From positions 32,001 to 96,000 of the forward strand of contig JAURAC010000001.1 of assembly GCA_030586555.1 (NCBI GenBank): 64,000 bases of DNA. The letters run 5' to 3'. Shown here in pieces: positions 9,666 to 19,828 of the stretch; position 1 is the first letter of the stretch, and every line of letters begins with the position of its first letter. The position numbers were made by a program, and so were the translations under genes. Under the pieces are notes generated by a model. The model did no database searches. It was not told the DNA's origin and saw nothing but the letters and a program-made list of their open reading frames with translations. The stretch is from Candidatus Subterrananammoxibius californiae. GTDB lineage: Bacteria > Planctomycetota > Brocadiia > Brocadiales > Subterrananammoxibiaceae.

Positions 9666-10316
9666 CTACTTGAGTGGAACAGACCAGTAGGCATTATCCA
9701 GGATTTGCTTCCAGGAACTATACTTCTCTGAACCAAGTTTTAGTGTTAAGACGGGGCTGTGCTTTGGCTGTATTGGCTTCTTTTTTAACTTCATGCCAGC
9801 TTCTTCGGGGGTGCGTCCGCCTTTTCGTTTATTGCAATTGGTGCATGCGCAAACAATGTTTGTCCAGGTGCTTCCTCCGCCACGAGACCTGGGGATAACG
9901 TGTTCGAGGCTGAGTTCAGATGTCGGGAACTTTCGACCGCAATACTGACAACGATTCTCGTCCCTCGCAAAAAGATTTCTCCTGTTGAACTTCACGTTTG
10001 ACTGGGGAAGTTTGTCGTAAAAGAGGAGCCGAATTATTCTGGGTACCCTTATTTCTAACGATACGGTCTTTATCCATTCTCCATTATCGTCATTTGTAAG
10101 TCTCACCCTTGCCTTGTATTGTGAAACATCCATCCAGCTTTCAAAGTTATAGGAATTGAACTTGCCATCGTCAATGGAGATTACCTCTGCGGTCTCCTTG
10201 CAAAGCAGGGTAAATGCCCTTTTAACTGTAACAACGTGAAGCGCCATAAAAAACTTATTAACGACAAGAACGCTTGATTGTAATAGGTTCGGTTGTTGTA
10301 CACCAACTAATTCCAT
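9666..10316 (-). CDS. HNH endonuclease (McrA-like)
   Basis: RDENRCQYCG, EHVIPRSRGG, W.NIVCAC..CN.RKG. Confidence 0.9.
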   Translation of the reverse strand: MELVGVQQPNLLQSSVLVVNKFFMALHVVTVKRAFTLLCKETAEVISIDDGKFNSYNFESWMDVSQYKARVRLTNDDNGEWIKTVSLEIRVPRIIRLLFYDKLPQSNVKFNRRNLFARDENRCQYCGRKFPTSELSLEHVIPRSRGGGSTWTNIVCACTNCNKRKGGRTPEEAGMKLKKKPIQPKHSPVLTLKLGSEKYSSWKQILDNAYWSVPLK

Positions 10317-10345
10317 AATACATCGTCCCTACAAATTATCCTACG

Positions 10346-10374
10346 GTAGGGGCAGGTTTAAAACCTGCCCCTAC
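10346..10374. repeat. GTAGGGGC REP palindrome
   Basis: GTAGGGGCAGGTTTAAAACCTGCCCCTAC; identical copy at 38037-38065. Confidence 0.9.
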
Positions 10375-10376
10375 GG

Positions 10377-11438
10377 CTATTCAATCGCCTCAACAACAAG
10401 GTCACCCACCTCAGTTGTCGAGAAGCCCATCTTACCCGCATCAAGGCTTTTTAGCTTCTCGCCTGTAACTTTCATAACTGCGCGCTCAACAGACTTTGCG
10501 GCATCCTCTTCCCCAAGAAACTCGAGCATCATTGCACACGCACAAATTGCGGCAAGCGGGTTGATGACATTTTTTCCAGTATATTTAGGGGCAGAACCGC
10601 CAATAGGCTCAAACATGGATACCCCTTTTGGATTTATATTACCACCTGCCGCTATGCCCATTCCACCCTGAATCATTGCTCCGAGGTCCGTAATTATGTC
10701 CCCAAACATATTTTCCGTAACGATTACGTCAAACCACTCAGGATTTTTCACCATCCACATACAAGTGGCATCCACGTGGGCATAATCTGTAGTTACATCC
10801 TTGTACTCGGTAGCTACTTCATTAAACGCCCGCCACCAGAGGTCCTGGGCGTATGTCAATACATTTGTTTTACCGCAAAGGAGAAGCTTTTTCCGCTTAT
10901 TCCTTTTCCTTGTATATTCAAAGGCATATCGAATACACCTTTCAACGCCCTTGCGCGTACAGACCATTTCCTGGATGGCAACCTCTTCAGGTGTTCCTTT
11001 TCTAACGAATCCCCCTGCGCCTACATATAGTCCCTCATTATTTTCCCTGACCACGACAAAATCAATATCCTCAGGTCCTTTGTTTTTAAGGGGACAATTT
11101 ACACCAGGGTATAATTTTACTGGCCTTAAATTAATATACTGTTCTAACTCAAATCTCAGTTTTAGTAATAAGCCCTTTTCGAGTATGCCTGGAGGGACGT
11201 CAGGGTGTCCAACTGCGCCGAGGTAAATTGCATCGAATTTTCTGAATTCATCGAGTGCTGAAGCTGGTAAGACCTCTCCAGTATTCAGATAATGTTCCCC
11301 TCCAAAGTCGTACTCCACAGTTTCATATTTAATCCCCTTCTTATCGCTAACCGCCTGAAGCACCTTAAGTCCTTCTCTAATGACCTCAGGTCCAGTGCCG
11401 TCACCGGGTACAACTGCAATCTTATATACCTTGGGAAT
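10377..11438 (-). CDS. leuB: 3-isopropylmalate dehydrogenase (apparent ATT start)
   Basis: Frame extends upstream of the ORF-track start to [15 protein letters not shown]; also [25 protein letters not shown]. Confidence 0.9.
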   Translation of the reverse strand: MPKVYKIAVVPGDGTGPEVIREGLKVLQAVSDKKGIKYETVEYDFGGEHYLNTGEVLPASALDEFRKFDAIYLGAVGHPDVPPGILEKGLLLKLRFELEQYINLRPVKLYPGVNCPLKNKGPEDIDFVVVRENNEGLYVGAGGFVRKGTPEEVAIQEMVCTRKGVERCIRYAFEYTRKRNKRKKLLLCGKTNVLTYAQDLWWRAFNEVATEYKDVTTDYAHVDATCMWMVKNPEWFDVIVTENMFGDIITDLGAMIQGGMGIAAGGNINPKGVSMFEPIGGSAPKYTGKNVINPLAAICACAMMLEFLGEEDAAKSVERAVMKVTGEKLKSLDAGKMGFSTTEVGDLVVEAIE

Positions 11439-11631
11439 GAGTGCTCCTCTTTAAATAAAAAGTCTAACTAATTCTATCGGTCGGATTAGTTGAATTGGTT
11501 TAAGACCAATAAAACCAGCAAGGCAAATAATACGGTTTAATCATAGAATTATAATTGCCTTAATCTGAATTTTCAAGGATAAATTATACGGGGGGGTGTG
11601 GTACAGATTTTAATCTTAGGTTTAACCATGT

Positions 11632-11667
11632 GGGTGGCACGGACAAACTTGTTTGTCCGTGCCACCC
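11632..11667. repeat. GGGTGGCACGGA-type palindrome
   Basis: GGGTGGCACGGACAAACTTGTTTGTCCGTGCCACCC; related double form at 24811-24893. Confidence 0.85.
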
Positions 11668-11716
11668 TGTTACACAGGCGCTCGTGATATTATCATCGTT
11701 CGCCATGAAATATTAC

Positions 11717-13102
11717 TTAACGGTATCCGGGATAACATTCTGTCCCGTGTTCGACAACGTCCATACCTTGCAATTCTGCCTCTGCTGTGGCTCTAATTCC
11801 AATAGTATATTTTATGAAGACAAAGATGCCCAGCCCGAGCGAGAAACACCACGCCATTGCAGTAACGGCAGCTATGAACTGGGAAAACAATTGCCCAACA
11901 TGACCCATTATTAGCCCATTAACGCCCTGATAAGTGCCGTCTGCAAAGACGCCCACCGAGAGTAAACCCCATAATCCATTAGCGCCATGTACGGATACTG
12001 CTCCCACCGGGTCATCTACCTTGAGTGTGGTTTCGATAAAGTGCACGCACCCTCTCATTATAAATGCCGCTATAATCCCGATAACGACCGCTGCCCATGG
12101 AGGAACGTATGCGCTTGAGGCTGTAATAGCCACGCATCCTGCCAGTGTACCGTTACATGCCATTTGCATATCCGCTTTGCCTGTGGTGAAATAGGTATAA
12201 TAAATCATCACCAATGCGCCCATTGTGGCTGCAAGGAAGGTATTTAAGGCAATTATTGATACCCTCAAATCGGTAACTCGCATAGTGCTTCCTGCATTAA
12301 ACCCAAACCATCCAAAGAGCAGGATGAGCGTGCCAGAGATTACATATACAAGATTGTGCCCTGGGATTACCACTGGCTTGCCGTTTTCATATTTACCAAT
12401 CCTTGGACCAACCATCCATGCGCCAATAAACGCAATCAAGCCTCCAATGGCATGCACCACGCCTGAGCCAGCAAAGTCCTTTGCACCCGTCCCAAAAGGA
12501 AGGATTGAAAGCCAACCGCCGCCCCACATCCAATGCCCGTAAAGGGGATAAACAATGCCTGTAATTAAAAAGGTATATATCAAATACGCCTGAAACTTTA
12601 CCCTCTCTGCCACCGCGCCTGCAACAATGGTAGCAGCAGCAGCAGCAAACATCATCTGGAATAGCCAGGTTACTGCAGTTTGGACATCATACGAATCACC
12701 AAGCAGCAAGAACCCGCTGTAGCCTACAAAAGAATTTCCATTGACTAACCCTGGGGCTAACTGAGAGCCTCCAAACATCAGCGAAAAACCAAATAACCAG
12801 AAGGTAAACGACCCTGCGCAGAAGTCTATATAGCTCATTGTTAGGTAGTTGAGGGTGTTTTTTCTGCGAATAAATCCTGCACCGAGGAAGGCAAATCCAG
12901 CCTGCATATTAAAGACTAAAAATGCACATAGTAGTACCCAAGCAAAATTAATAGCAAATTGGAGACCCTCAAGCGTATCCGAGTAAGTTTTTACCCCGCT
13001 CGGGTCGCCTGCCAAGGCTGGCGTTGCCATTAGAAAAATCGCTACCACAGGAACTATCAGATTCGCTTTGCTCACTGCAAGCCATAACTGTCTCTTCTTC
13101 AT
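11717..13102 (-). CDS. amt: Ammonium transporter (Amt family)
   Basis: MQAGF, DFAGSGVVH, WFGFNAGS, DDPVGAVSVHG motifs. Confidence 0.95.
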   Translation of the reverse strand: MKKRQLWLAVSKANLIVPVVAIFLMATPALAGDPSGVKTYSDTLEGLQFAINFAWVLLCAFLVFNMQAGFAFLGAGFIRRKNTLNYLTMSYIDFCAGSFTFWLFGFSLMFGGSQLAPGLVNGNSFVGYSGFLLLGDSYDVQTAVTWLFQMMFAAAAATIVAGAVAERVKFQAYLIYTFLITGIVYPLYGHWMWGGGWLSILPFGTGAKDFAGSGVVHAIGGLIAFIGAWMVGPRIGKYENGKPVVIPGHNLVYVISGTLILLFGWFGFNAGSTMRVTDLRVSIIALNTFLAATMGALVMIYYTYFTTGKADMQMACNGTLAGCVAITASSAYVPPWAAVVIGIIAAFIMRGCVHFIETTLKVDDPVGAVSVHGANGLWGLLSVGVFADGTYQGVNGLIMGHVGQLFSQFIAAVTAMAWCFSLGLGIFVFIKYTIGIRATAEAELQGMDVVEHGTECYPGYR

Positions 13103-13171
13103 CTCATTCCCCTCCCATGCCGCATCTCTGCGGTCCCCCTTTAATGTTTCCTTTATAATATTTAACCCTGA

Positions 13172-14479
13172 TTAGGCAAATGCCTTTGCGCCAATATCAG
13201 TACGGAAAAAAGCTCCATCAAAGGAAATCTGGCGAATAACCTCGTATGCCCTTTTTTGCGCCTCTCTAATATCCTTTCCCAATGCAGTAACACCAAGGAC
13301 GCGACCACCATCGGTTACAATCTTTCCATGTTTAAGCGTTGTTCCCGCATGAAAAATTTGAACGTCATCCTGCCCTTTTTGCGACTCCAGACCATGTATT
13401 TCTTTCCATTTCTCATATTTTTCTGGATAACCCTTAGATGCCATAACCACACAGACGCTTGCCCTTTCATCCCAGTCCAATCCGCCTGAGGCAGACTTAT
13501 CGAGGCTTTCCTCAACGGTTGCATAGAGCAAAGGTACCAGGTCGCATTTCAGACGCATAATCAATGCCTGCGTTTCAGGGTCCCCAAAACGTGCGTTAAA
13601 TTCCAGCACCTTGGGTCCCTCGGAAGTAATCATTAGTCCAGCATAAAGCACGCCCTTGTAAGGGCTGTTTTCCTTTTTCATTGCATGAACGATAGGTACA
13701 AGGATTTCCCTCTCAATTCGGTAATAAAGTTCACGATTGATGATGGGGACAGGTGAATAAGCCCCCATTCCTCCTGTGTTAGGACCCTTGTCACCGTCAT
13801 AGGCAGTTTTGTGGTCCTGTACGGATTCAAGGGGCACAATCGTCTTGCCATCCGTAAGGGCAAGTATCGAAACCTCTTCTCCGGTCAGGTATTCCTCAAC
13901 CACTATATGGTCTCCAGCCTCGCGAAAAAATTTATCCCTCAAAATAAGATCAACTTTTTGGAATGCATCCTCCTCGGTTTTACACACGTAAGTGCCTTTT
14001 CCTCTCGTAAGCCCATCTGCTTTAATCACCACAGGTGTGCCAAGTGAAGATACGTACTTCTTTGCCATAGACGGCTCGTCAAAGACCTTGAAATCTGCGG
14101 TTGGAATGCCATGCTTTCGCATAATATTTTTAGCAAAGCTCTTACTGCCTTCTATCATTGCAGCCCGTTTACTGGGTCCAAATATCTTGAGTCCCCCTTT
14201 CTCGAATTTATCCACAACACCAGCTGAAAGCGGGTCCTCGGGTCCCACCACGGTAAGGTCAATATGGTGCTTAAAGGCAAAGTTATAAAGTGCGCCAATA
14301 TCTTCTGCACTTATATCTATGCATTCAGCCACCTGAGCGATACCGGGATTGCCCGGTGCGCAAAACACCTTTTCCACAAGTGGCGACTGGGCAATCTTCC
14401 AGGCAAGGCTGTGCTCACGCCCTCCACCTCCGACTATCAATATTTTCAATTTATTTCCTTTCATGACTTGCTTTCCCAT
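13172..14479 (-). CDS. purD: Phosphoribosylamine--glycine ligase
   Basis: GGGGREH, GPE.PL..G, QDHK...GD.GPNTGGMGAY, EFNARFGDPE. Confidence 0.97.
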   Translation of the reverse strand: MGKQVMKGNKLKILIVGGGGREHSLAWKIAQSPLVEKVFCAPGNPGIAQVAECIDISAEDIGALYNFAFKHHIDLTVVGPEDPLSAGVVDKFEKGGLKIFGPSKRAAMIEGSKSFAKNIMRKHGIPTADFKVFDEPSMAKKYVSSLGTPVVIKADGLTRGKGTYVCKTEEDAFQKVDLILRDKFFREAGDHIVVEEYLTGEEVSILALTDGKTIVPLESVQDHKTAYDGDKGPNTGGMGAYSPVPIINRELYYRIEREILVPIVHAMKKENSPYKGVLYAGLMITSEGPKVLEFNARFGDPETQALIMRLKCDLVPLLYATVEESLDKSASGGLDWDERASVCVVMASKGYPEKYEKWKEIHGLESQKGQDDVQIFHAGTTLKHGKIVTDGGRVLGVTALGKDIREAQKRAYEVIRQISFDGAFFRTDIGAKAFA

Positions 14480-14549
14480 TTTATTGTGTACGCCTCATGG
14501 TTTCAAGAGAAAAGCACTAAACGTAATTTTAAATTTTTTTGAAAATTTG

Positions 14550-14675
14550 TTGACAATCTCTTGTTTTGTGGTATAGTTACTATGCAAAATATTGTGTATG
14601 CTGAATAGTTTTAAAGGAAAAGTGTAAGATGTAGCATTTTAAGGGTTGTAACAGTCTCTTATTTTGTGGTATAAT
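14550..14675 (+). promoter_or_regulatory. Two tandem, mutually similar sigma70-like promoters upstream of the HD operon
   Basis: TTGACA-N16-TATAGT (14550-14577) and TTGTAA-N18-TATAAT (14646-14675), sharing TCTCTT.TTTTGTGGTATA. Confidence 0.6.
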
Positions 14676-14719
14676 TAAAATAAATAATTGGTTATCTACA
14701 CAAAACGGAAGGAGCATAA

Positions 14720-15109
14720 ATGACCGAAACGTCTACTCTGATATTTAGACCAGAAGATATTCTAATTAGCGTATTTCATTATTTTCCACCAGAAAAAAGA
14801 AAGTTTTCTGCGGACAGAGAAAATATACATACTGCTTTTTATAGATTGAAAAAAGAATATCAAAAGCTTCTTAAAGAATTTACTTTTAATCCCGATAAAA
14901 TATTTCCCACTTCGGGAGTATTAGATCAGGCATTAAATAATTTAGAATTTTCTAGATATTTAACAAAATTTAATCCTTATTTAGAGCGTTACGAAATACA
15001 ACCGGTTCTTGATTCTTACTTCGACGAAAAGCTTAAAGAAGAATTTTTAGACTATATAGACGAAATTAAATCCATTTCTGAGCAATTACAGAACGCTTTA
15101 GGATTGTAA
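14720..15109 (+). CDS. Small hypothetical protein, possibly winged-helix YwgA/SocA(Panacea)-like partner
   Basis: AAGGAG RBS; FTF..D..FP.S..L..AL..L pattern; AT-rich. Confidence 0.55.
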   Translation: MTETSTLIFRPEDILISVFHYFPPEKRKFSADRENIHTAFYRLKKEYQKLLKEFTFNPDKIFPTSGVLDQALNNLEFSRYLTKFNPYLERYEIQPVLDSYFDEKLKEEFLDYIDEIKSISEQLQNALGL

Positions 15110-15133
15110 GATTGTCTCTAATTCTACTTTTGT

Positions 15134-16708
15134 ATGTCCCAAAATCCGCAAACACAGGAATTCTTCCCTTCGCTTCCTAAAGAGTTATTAGAGCGTATTG
15201 GAGATTTTATAGAAGAATTTGTTGTTAAGTATCCTTCCAGAGATGTTAGAGCTTCCAAAATTGTTCACGATCCCTTGTGGGGTACGATTTCATTAAAACC
15301 TTTCGAAATAGCTCTAATCGATTCTCCGCTTATTCAAAGATTACGCCAAATTCATCAAACTTCTTTGTCATATTTGACTTTTCCTACTTCGACTCACTCA
15401 AGGTTTGAACACATGCTGGGAGTTCTTGCCCAAACAAACAAACTTATAGATTCTTTGTGTTTTCAAGGTAGCTACCAAGACTTAATAGCTGGAGCAAGAA
15501 CAGACATAAGACTTGCTGCAATTTTACATGACTGTGGGCATGGACCCTTGTCTCACGCAAGTGAAGAAATTTACAGGTATTGTGATGATATGCAGAAATT
15601 AATTGAGAAAGGCGGCAAATATGAGGGCAAGCATCCACACGAAGTTTTGGCGCATTTAATTGTTACACATCCAAAATTTCGTGATTGTATTACGGATTTA
15701 AAGTGGAAATACGGTTTTGATTGCGATTTACAAAAAATCGCTGATACGATTATAGGAAAAGCTGAAGATGATAAAAAATATATAACCCAAATTTTAAATG
15801 GTCCTTTTGATGCAGACAAGATTGATTATATTTTTAGAGACGGACATTTTACAGGACTTCCATTAACGGTTGATTTGGATAGGTTATGGTATTGTGTTAA
15901 GATCGATTGGCTTATTGATGAGGAAAAAGAAATAAAAAAGAGAATATTAATGGTCGAGTATAACGGCATGTCACCACTTGAACAGATTCTTTTTTGTAAA
16001 ATTATTTTATTTTCTACAATATATCATCATCAAAAAGTTCGTGCCACTGATTGCATGTTTAAAGGAATAGTTGAATATATAAAGAATCATCCTAACTTAA
16101 CTTTTGGGGATAGGAAGTTAAAGTTTCATAATGCAACAGATTTTCTTTGTATAACCGATGGTACATTCTTTAGTGAAGCTTTGTTAACTAAAGATAACGA
16201 ATTACGTGAAATGATTAATAATATACTGTATAGAAGACTATTTTTGAGAGCATTGGTAATTTCCCCAAATACTATAGAAGGATTGACCTGGGATAGCTAT
16301 AAAGAAGGTAAAGAACATCCGGCTAAAGAATATATAGACTTTCAAAAGTTGAGTCAGAAGAAAATTTATAACTTTAAGGACTTACGTGACTTTGCAGAGG
16401 AAATTTGGAGAGCTTCCGGACGACCATGTTTGAAAGAAGAAATTTGGATTGATGTACCTTCCTTTCCACCAACAGGGGAAACCGACGAAACGTTCATTAA
16501 ATATCCTTCTAAACCTGAAAAAATGTCAAAGGTTTTTCCTGTTCATGAATGGGTAGAAATGTATGTGTTCCACAAATGGAAAGCCCACGTCTTTTGTCCT
16601 GCCAAATGCCAAAACAAAGTTTCTAAAGCCGCTCAGGATGTTTTAGAACAAAAATTTAAGTTTAAATTTAATGATTTAGCTTGGACATCCTGCCATATTT
16701 CTCGTTAA
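15134..16708 (+). CDS. HD-domain phosphohydrolase, SAMHD1/YwfO-like dNTP triphosphohydrolase
   Basis: DPLWG, QRLRQIHQ, HSRFEH.LG, LHDCGHGPLSH..E, DADKIDY..RD, IYHH.KVR motifs. Confidence 0.9.
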   Translation: MSQNPQTQEFFPSLPKELLERIGDFIEEFVVKYPSRDVRASKIVHDPLWGTISLKPFEIALIDSPLIQRLRQIHQTSLSYLTFPTSTHSRFEHMLGVLAQTNKLIDSLCFQGSYQDLIAGARTDIRLAAILHDCGHGPLSHASEEIYRYCDDMQKLIEKGGKYEGKHPHEVLAHLIVTHPKFRDCITDLKWKYGFDCDLQKIADTIIGKAEDDKKYITQILNGPFDADKIDYIFRDGHFTGLPLTVDLDRLWYCVKIDWLIDEEKEIKKRILMVEYNGMSPLEQILFCKIILFSTIYHHQKVRATDCMFKGIVEYIKNHPNLTFGDRKLKFHNATDFLCITDGTFFSEALLTKDNELREMINNILYRRLFLRALVISPNTIEGLTWDSYKEGKEHPAKEYIDFQKLSQKKIYNFKDLRDFAEEIWRASGRPCLKEEIWIDVPSFPPTGETDETFIKYPSKPEKMSKVFPVHEWVEMYVFHKWKAHVFCPAKCQNKVSKAAQDVLEQKFKFKFNDLAWTSCHISR

Positions 16709-16742
16709 GAACTGTCTCTTAACACTACCGCTGCAAATTTCC

Positions 16743-16771
16743 TTGACAGGGTTAAGCTTTTGTAATAAGAT
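16743..16771 (+). promoter_or_regulatory. Putative sigma70 promoter of tRNA-fMet
   Basis: TTGACA-N17-TAAGAT about 26 nt upstream of the tRNA. Confidence 0.6.
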
Positions 16772-16797
16772 TAAGATGTTAATACAAAACAAATTCT

Positions 16798-16874
<77 letters not shown>

Positions 16875-16881
16875 TAAAATA

Positions 16882-17035
16882 CAGTGGCAAGGGACGAGGT
16901 AATAGTGGCAAGTAAAAGAGGAAGTAAGAAGGAAGACGGGAGACGTTAGACGAGAAAAATCGTTTTACTTCTTACGTCTTACATTTCACGTTTTTTTACC
17001 TTGACTATCACCTTACCACTCGTCACTTAGCCCTG
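16882..17035. repeat. Inverted array of degenerate heptamers after the tRNA
   Basis: AGTGGCA AGGGACG AGGTAAT AGTGGCA... mirrored by ...TTACCAC TCGTCAC TTAGCCC; similar unit at 19565-19637. Confidence 0.7.
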
Positions 17036-17044
17036 CCGTATAGC

Positions 17045-17713
17045 ATGATTGACTTACACACTCATACATTGTTCTCTGATGGGGCATTGCTTCCTACCGA
17101 GTTGGTGCGCAGATGTGAGGAGAAAGCCTTCCGGGGACTTGTAATCACAGACCATGTAGATTATTCGAATATTGATTTTGTTATCCCCCGTCTCGTCAAA
17201 ATTTGTAAGGAATTAAATGGTGTAGGGGCACGGCGCGCCGTGCCCCTACGTGTTAAACCCGGCGCCGAACTTACCCATATCCACCCGGAACGTATCCCAT
17301 CAATGATTAGGGCTGCAAGAAGGGCTGGGGCATTTCTCGTATTAGTTCATGGGGAAACACTTGTAGAACCCGTTCTGCCTGGAACAAATAGGGCAGGTAT
17401 TGAGGGTGGGGCTGATGTTATTGCACATCCAGGGCTAATCTCTGAAGGGGATGCAAGGCTTGCCGCTAAGAAGGGTGTTTGCCTTGAGATTTCAGGACGC
17501 AAGGGGCATTCATATACCAATGGCTATGTCGCACAAATAGTTAGAAAGACAGGTGCGGCACTGGTCTTTGGTTCAGATGCACACGAGCCTGGCGATATCG
17601 TTGACCGCGAGATGGCTGAGAAAATTTGTATGGGTGCAGGACTTAGCAAGGACGAGGTTACCCGGTTATTTATTAAAGCGGAACAGCTTATGAATATAGC
17701 TCATGGCTCATAG
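17045..17713 (+). CDS. PHP-domain (histidinol-phosphatase-like) protein
   Basis: DLHTHTLFSDG, ITDH, VHGET.VEP, IAHPG, GSDAH. Confidence 0.85.
   Translation: MIDLHTHTLFSDGALLPTELVRRCEEKAFRGLVITDHVDYSNIDFVIPRLVKICKELNGVGARRAVPLRVKPGAELTHIHPERIPSMIRAARRAGAFLVLVHGETLVEPVLPGTNRAGIEGGADVIAHPGLISEGDARLAAKKGVCLEISGRKGHSYTNGYVAQIVRKTGAALVFGSDAHEPGDIVDREMAEKICMGAGLSKDEVTRLFIKAEQLMNIAHGS
17222..17249. repeat. GTAGGGGC REP in frame in PHP gene (VGARRAVPL)
   Basis: GTAGGGGCACGGCGCGCCGTGCCCCTAC, a perfect palindrome. Confidence 0.9.
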
Positions 17714-17743
17714 CTCATAGTTGAAAGGGGGTATGGAAAAAGT

Positions 17744-18391
17744 ATGTATTCAGTTAGAGAAACGGGTCAAAGGCTTTTAAAACTTATTAATGAAAACAAG
17801 ATTGTAGTGGGATTGGCTTTTATCGTTACAATGGCTATCCCGACAGGCATCTGGATATTTAAAGCAAAGAAGAAAACCGCATCTGAATATACATGGTACA
17901 GGATGTCGCAAATCAATAACGAACTGCTTGCCGCGGAGCAGTTAGGCGAACATGAAAAGGCTCTCTCGGAAACTATAGAGGCTTATATTGACATAAAGAC
18001 CAATCAAGCCGCTACAGATGCAACCCCGTGGCTTTTACTTCGGCTTGGGAATGCACAATGCGACGCCAGAAAATTTGATAATGCGATTGAAACTTATCGT
18101 GAATTTATTAAAAAATATCCGCAACATTCTGCGGTATCCCTCGTAAGGCTATCGCTTGGGTATGCCTATGAGGAAAAAGGTATGATGCAAGAAGCCTTGC
18201 AGCAGTTTAAAGAAATTGCGGGGGAGGACAACTTATTCATCAAGACCCAGAGGGCATTGGACATGGGAAGATGCCACGAAAAACTGGGGTCAACAGATAT
18301 GGCAAAAAAGGCTTATAATGAGGTTATAGAGCTCTCACCAAACAGTGATACAGCAAGGCTGGCACAGTACCGGTTGGAGAATCTTGAATAG
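17744..18391 (+). CDS. Membrane-anchored TPR protein (YfgM-like)
   Basis: N-terminal TM helix; TPR patterns LGNA.., LGYAYE.KG, MGRCHE.LG. Confidence 0.8.
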   Translation: MYSVRETGQRLLKLINENKIVVGLAFIVTMAIPTGIWIFKAKKKTASEYTWYRMSQINNELLAAEQLGEHEKALSETIEAYIDIKTNQAATDATPWLLLRLGNAQCDARKFDNAIETYREFIKKYPQHSAVSLVRLSLGYAYEEKGMMQEALQQFKEIAGEDNLFIKTQRALDMGRCHEKLGSTDMAKKAYNEVIELSPNSDTARLAQYRLENLE

Positions 18392-18394
18392 GCT

Positions 18395-18763
18395 TTATAA
18401 TTTATCATCCTTACCTAAGATGCGGATCCTGGTCTCCTCTACAATCCACAAGTGATGCTTGAGAGGTTCACGACTGAAAAGAGGTATAATGCGATGGAAA
18501 ACTTTTGTGAGATGTTGTTTTGCTTGAGAACCAAATCTTAAAACAATAATTCCTGACAACTCTTGTGGTGGGTACATTCTGATGTCAGAAAAATCAGTAT
18601 CGAGTGTAACCAGAATACGATTTTCATTACTGCATATATTTATAAGAGATGAGTCTCTTTCCCCTTGCAACTGTTGCTTGTGAACGGTTTTTGCATCATG
18701 CCCGGCGTTAATAAGCAAATCAGCAATCTCATTGGGTAGATTTTCATCTATCTTAAATTGCAT
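18395..18763 (-). CDS. DUF5615 / PIN-like toxin (VapC45-like)
   Basis: FKIDENLP, ILVTLDTDF, GIIVLR. Confidence 0.85.
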   Translation of the reverse strand: MQFKIDENLPNEIADLLINAGHDAKTVHKQQLQGERDSSLINICSNENRILVTLDTDFSDIRMYPPQELSGIIVLRFGSQAKQHLTKVFHRIIPLFSREPLKHHLWIVEETRIRILGKDDKL

Positions 18764-18780
18764 AGCACTATTATAGGATG

Positions 18781-19014
<234 letters not shown>

Positions 19015-19132
19015 CTAAAAGATGAAGGGTTTTTTAGTTACTCAAGTTATAATCTATACCCTTTGTACTTGTCAAGAGGTTTCTTAATTCCCCCCAAATA
19101 GACACTGAAAATTGGTATTTCAAACCATACCC

Positions 19133-19186
19133 GTAGCCGCAGGCTTTAGCCTGCGTGGAACAGCGCAACCTAAAGGTTGCGGCTAC
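19133..19186. repeat. GTAGCCGCA-type double-hairpin REP
   Basis: GTAGCCGCAGGCTTTAGCCTGCG...CGCAACCTAAAGGTTGCGGCTAC. Confidence 0.8.
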
Positions 19187-19316
19187 CAAGTACATATTCA
19201 CCCTTTGGGTGTTTGCAACAATATATAATTCAAAGAGATTGCCATTCAATATCTATTTTTGGGTTAATTTGGGAATAAAGGAGTCAAAAGCTCGTTCCTC
19301 GGACATGCTTTTAACA

Positions 19317-19479
19317 AATCCTTTTATCAACGCTGAGATAGCCCTGGCTTATGGGAAGATGCCACGAAAAACTTGGGTCAACAGAAATGGCAAAAAAGGC
19401 TTATAATGAGGTTATAGAGCTTTTACCTGATAGCGATGCGGCAAGGCTGGCACAGTACCGATTGGAGAATATTAAATAG
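19317..19479 (+). pseudogene. Displaced copy of the 3' end of the TPR gene
   Basis: MGRCHEKLGSTEMAKKAYNEVIELLPDSDAARLAQYRLENIK* versus the gene end MGRCHEKLGSTDMAKKAYNEVIELSPNSDTARLAQYRLENLE*. Confidence 0.9.
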
Positions 19480-19640
19480 TTTTGGCTTCGCAATTTAGCG
19501 ACATACACAAATTTTTCCCAAAAATCCTTGATTTTGTGGAAGATGTGTGGCAATATAAACCGATTAGTGACGAGTGGCAAGTGGCGAGGTGTTAGTGGAA
19601 TAAGCACTCATCACTAACACCTCGTCCCTCGTCACTAAAT

Positions 19641-19823
19641 ATTAAGGGTGTTCGCACTCACGATGCTGTTATAATAGACCAAGATGAGTATGGGAAGCGA
19701 TACGTGATGGATTTTACAATGACAAAAGCAACACGAAATGCAAAGGTGCGTAGCAGTTGGATTATTCGCAGGGGAGAAGATTTCCCTCGTTTAACAAGTT
19801 GCCACATAAAGGAGGAGGGTTAA
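19641..19823 (+). pseudogene. 5'-truncated DUF6883-like toxin fragment
   Basis: QDEYGKRYVMDF...VRSSWII..GEDFPRLTSC; no start, cut off by the heptamer repeat at 19565-19637. Confidence 0.65.
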
Positions 19824-19828
19824 AGTTA

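Noticed and set aside
9666..10316. HNH as an RNA-guided (IscB/HEARO-type) nuclease
   Set aside because: No RuvC motifs, only about 60 bp upstream, and no room for an associated ncRNA; it looks like the common stand-alone McrA-like HNH.
19034..19607. Short ORFs 19034..19249, 19155..19406 and 19401..19607
   Set aside because: They are composed of REP sequence, the displaced TPR tail and heptamer repeats, with no RBS or family signal.
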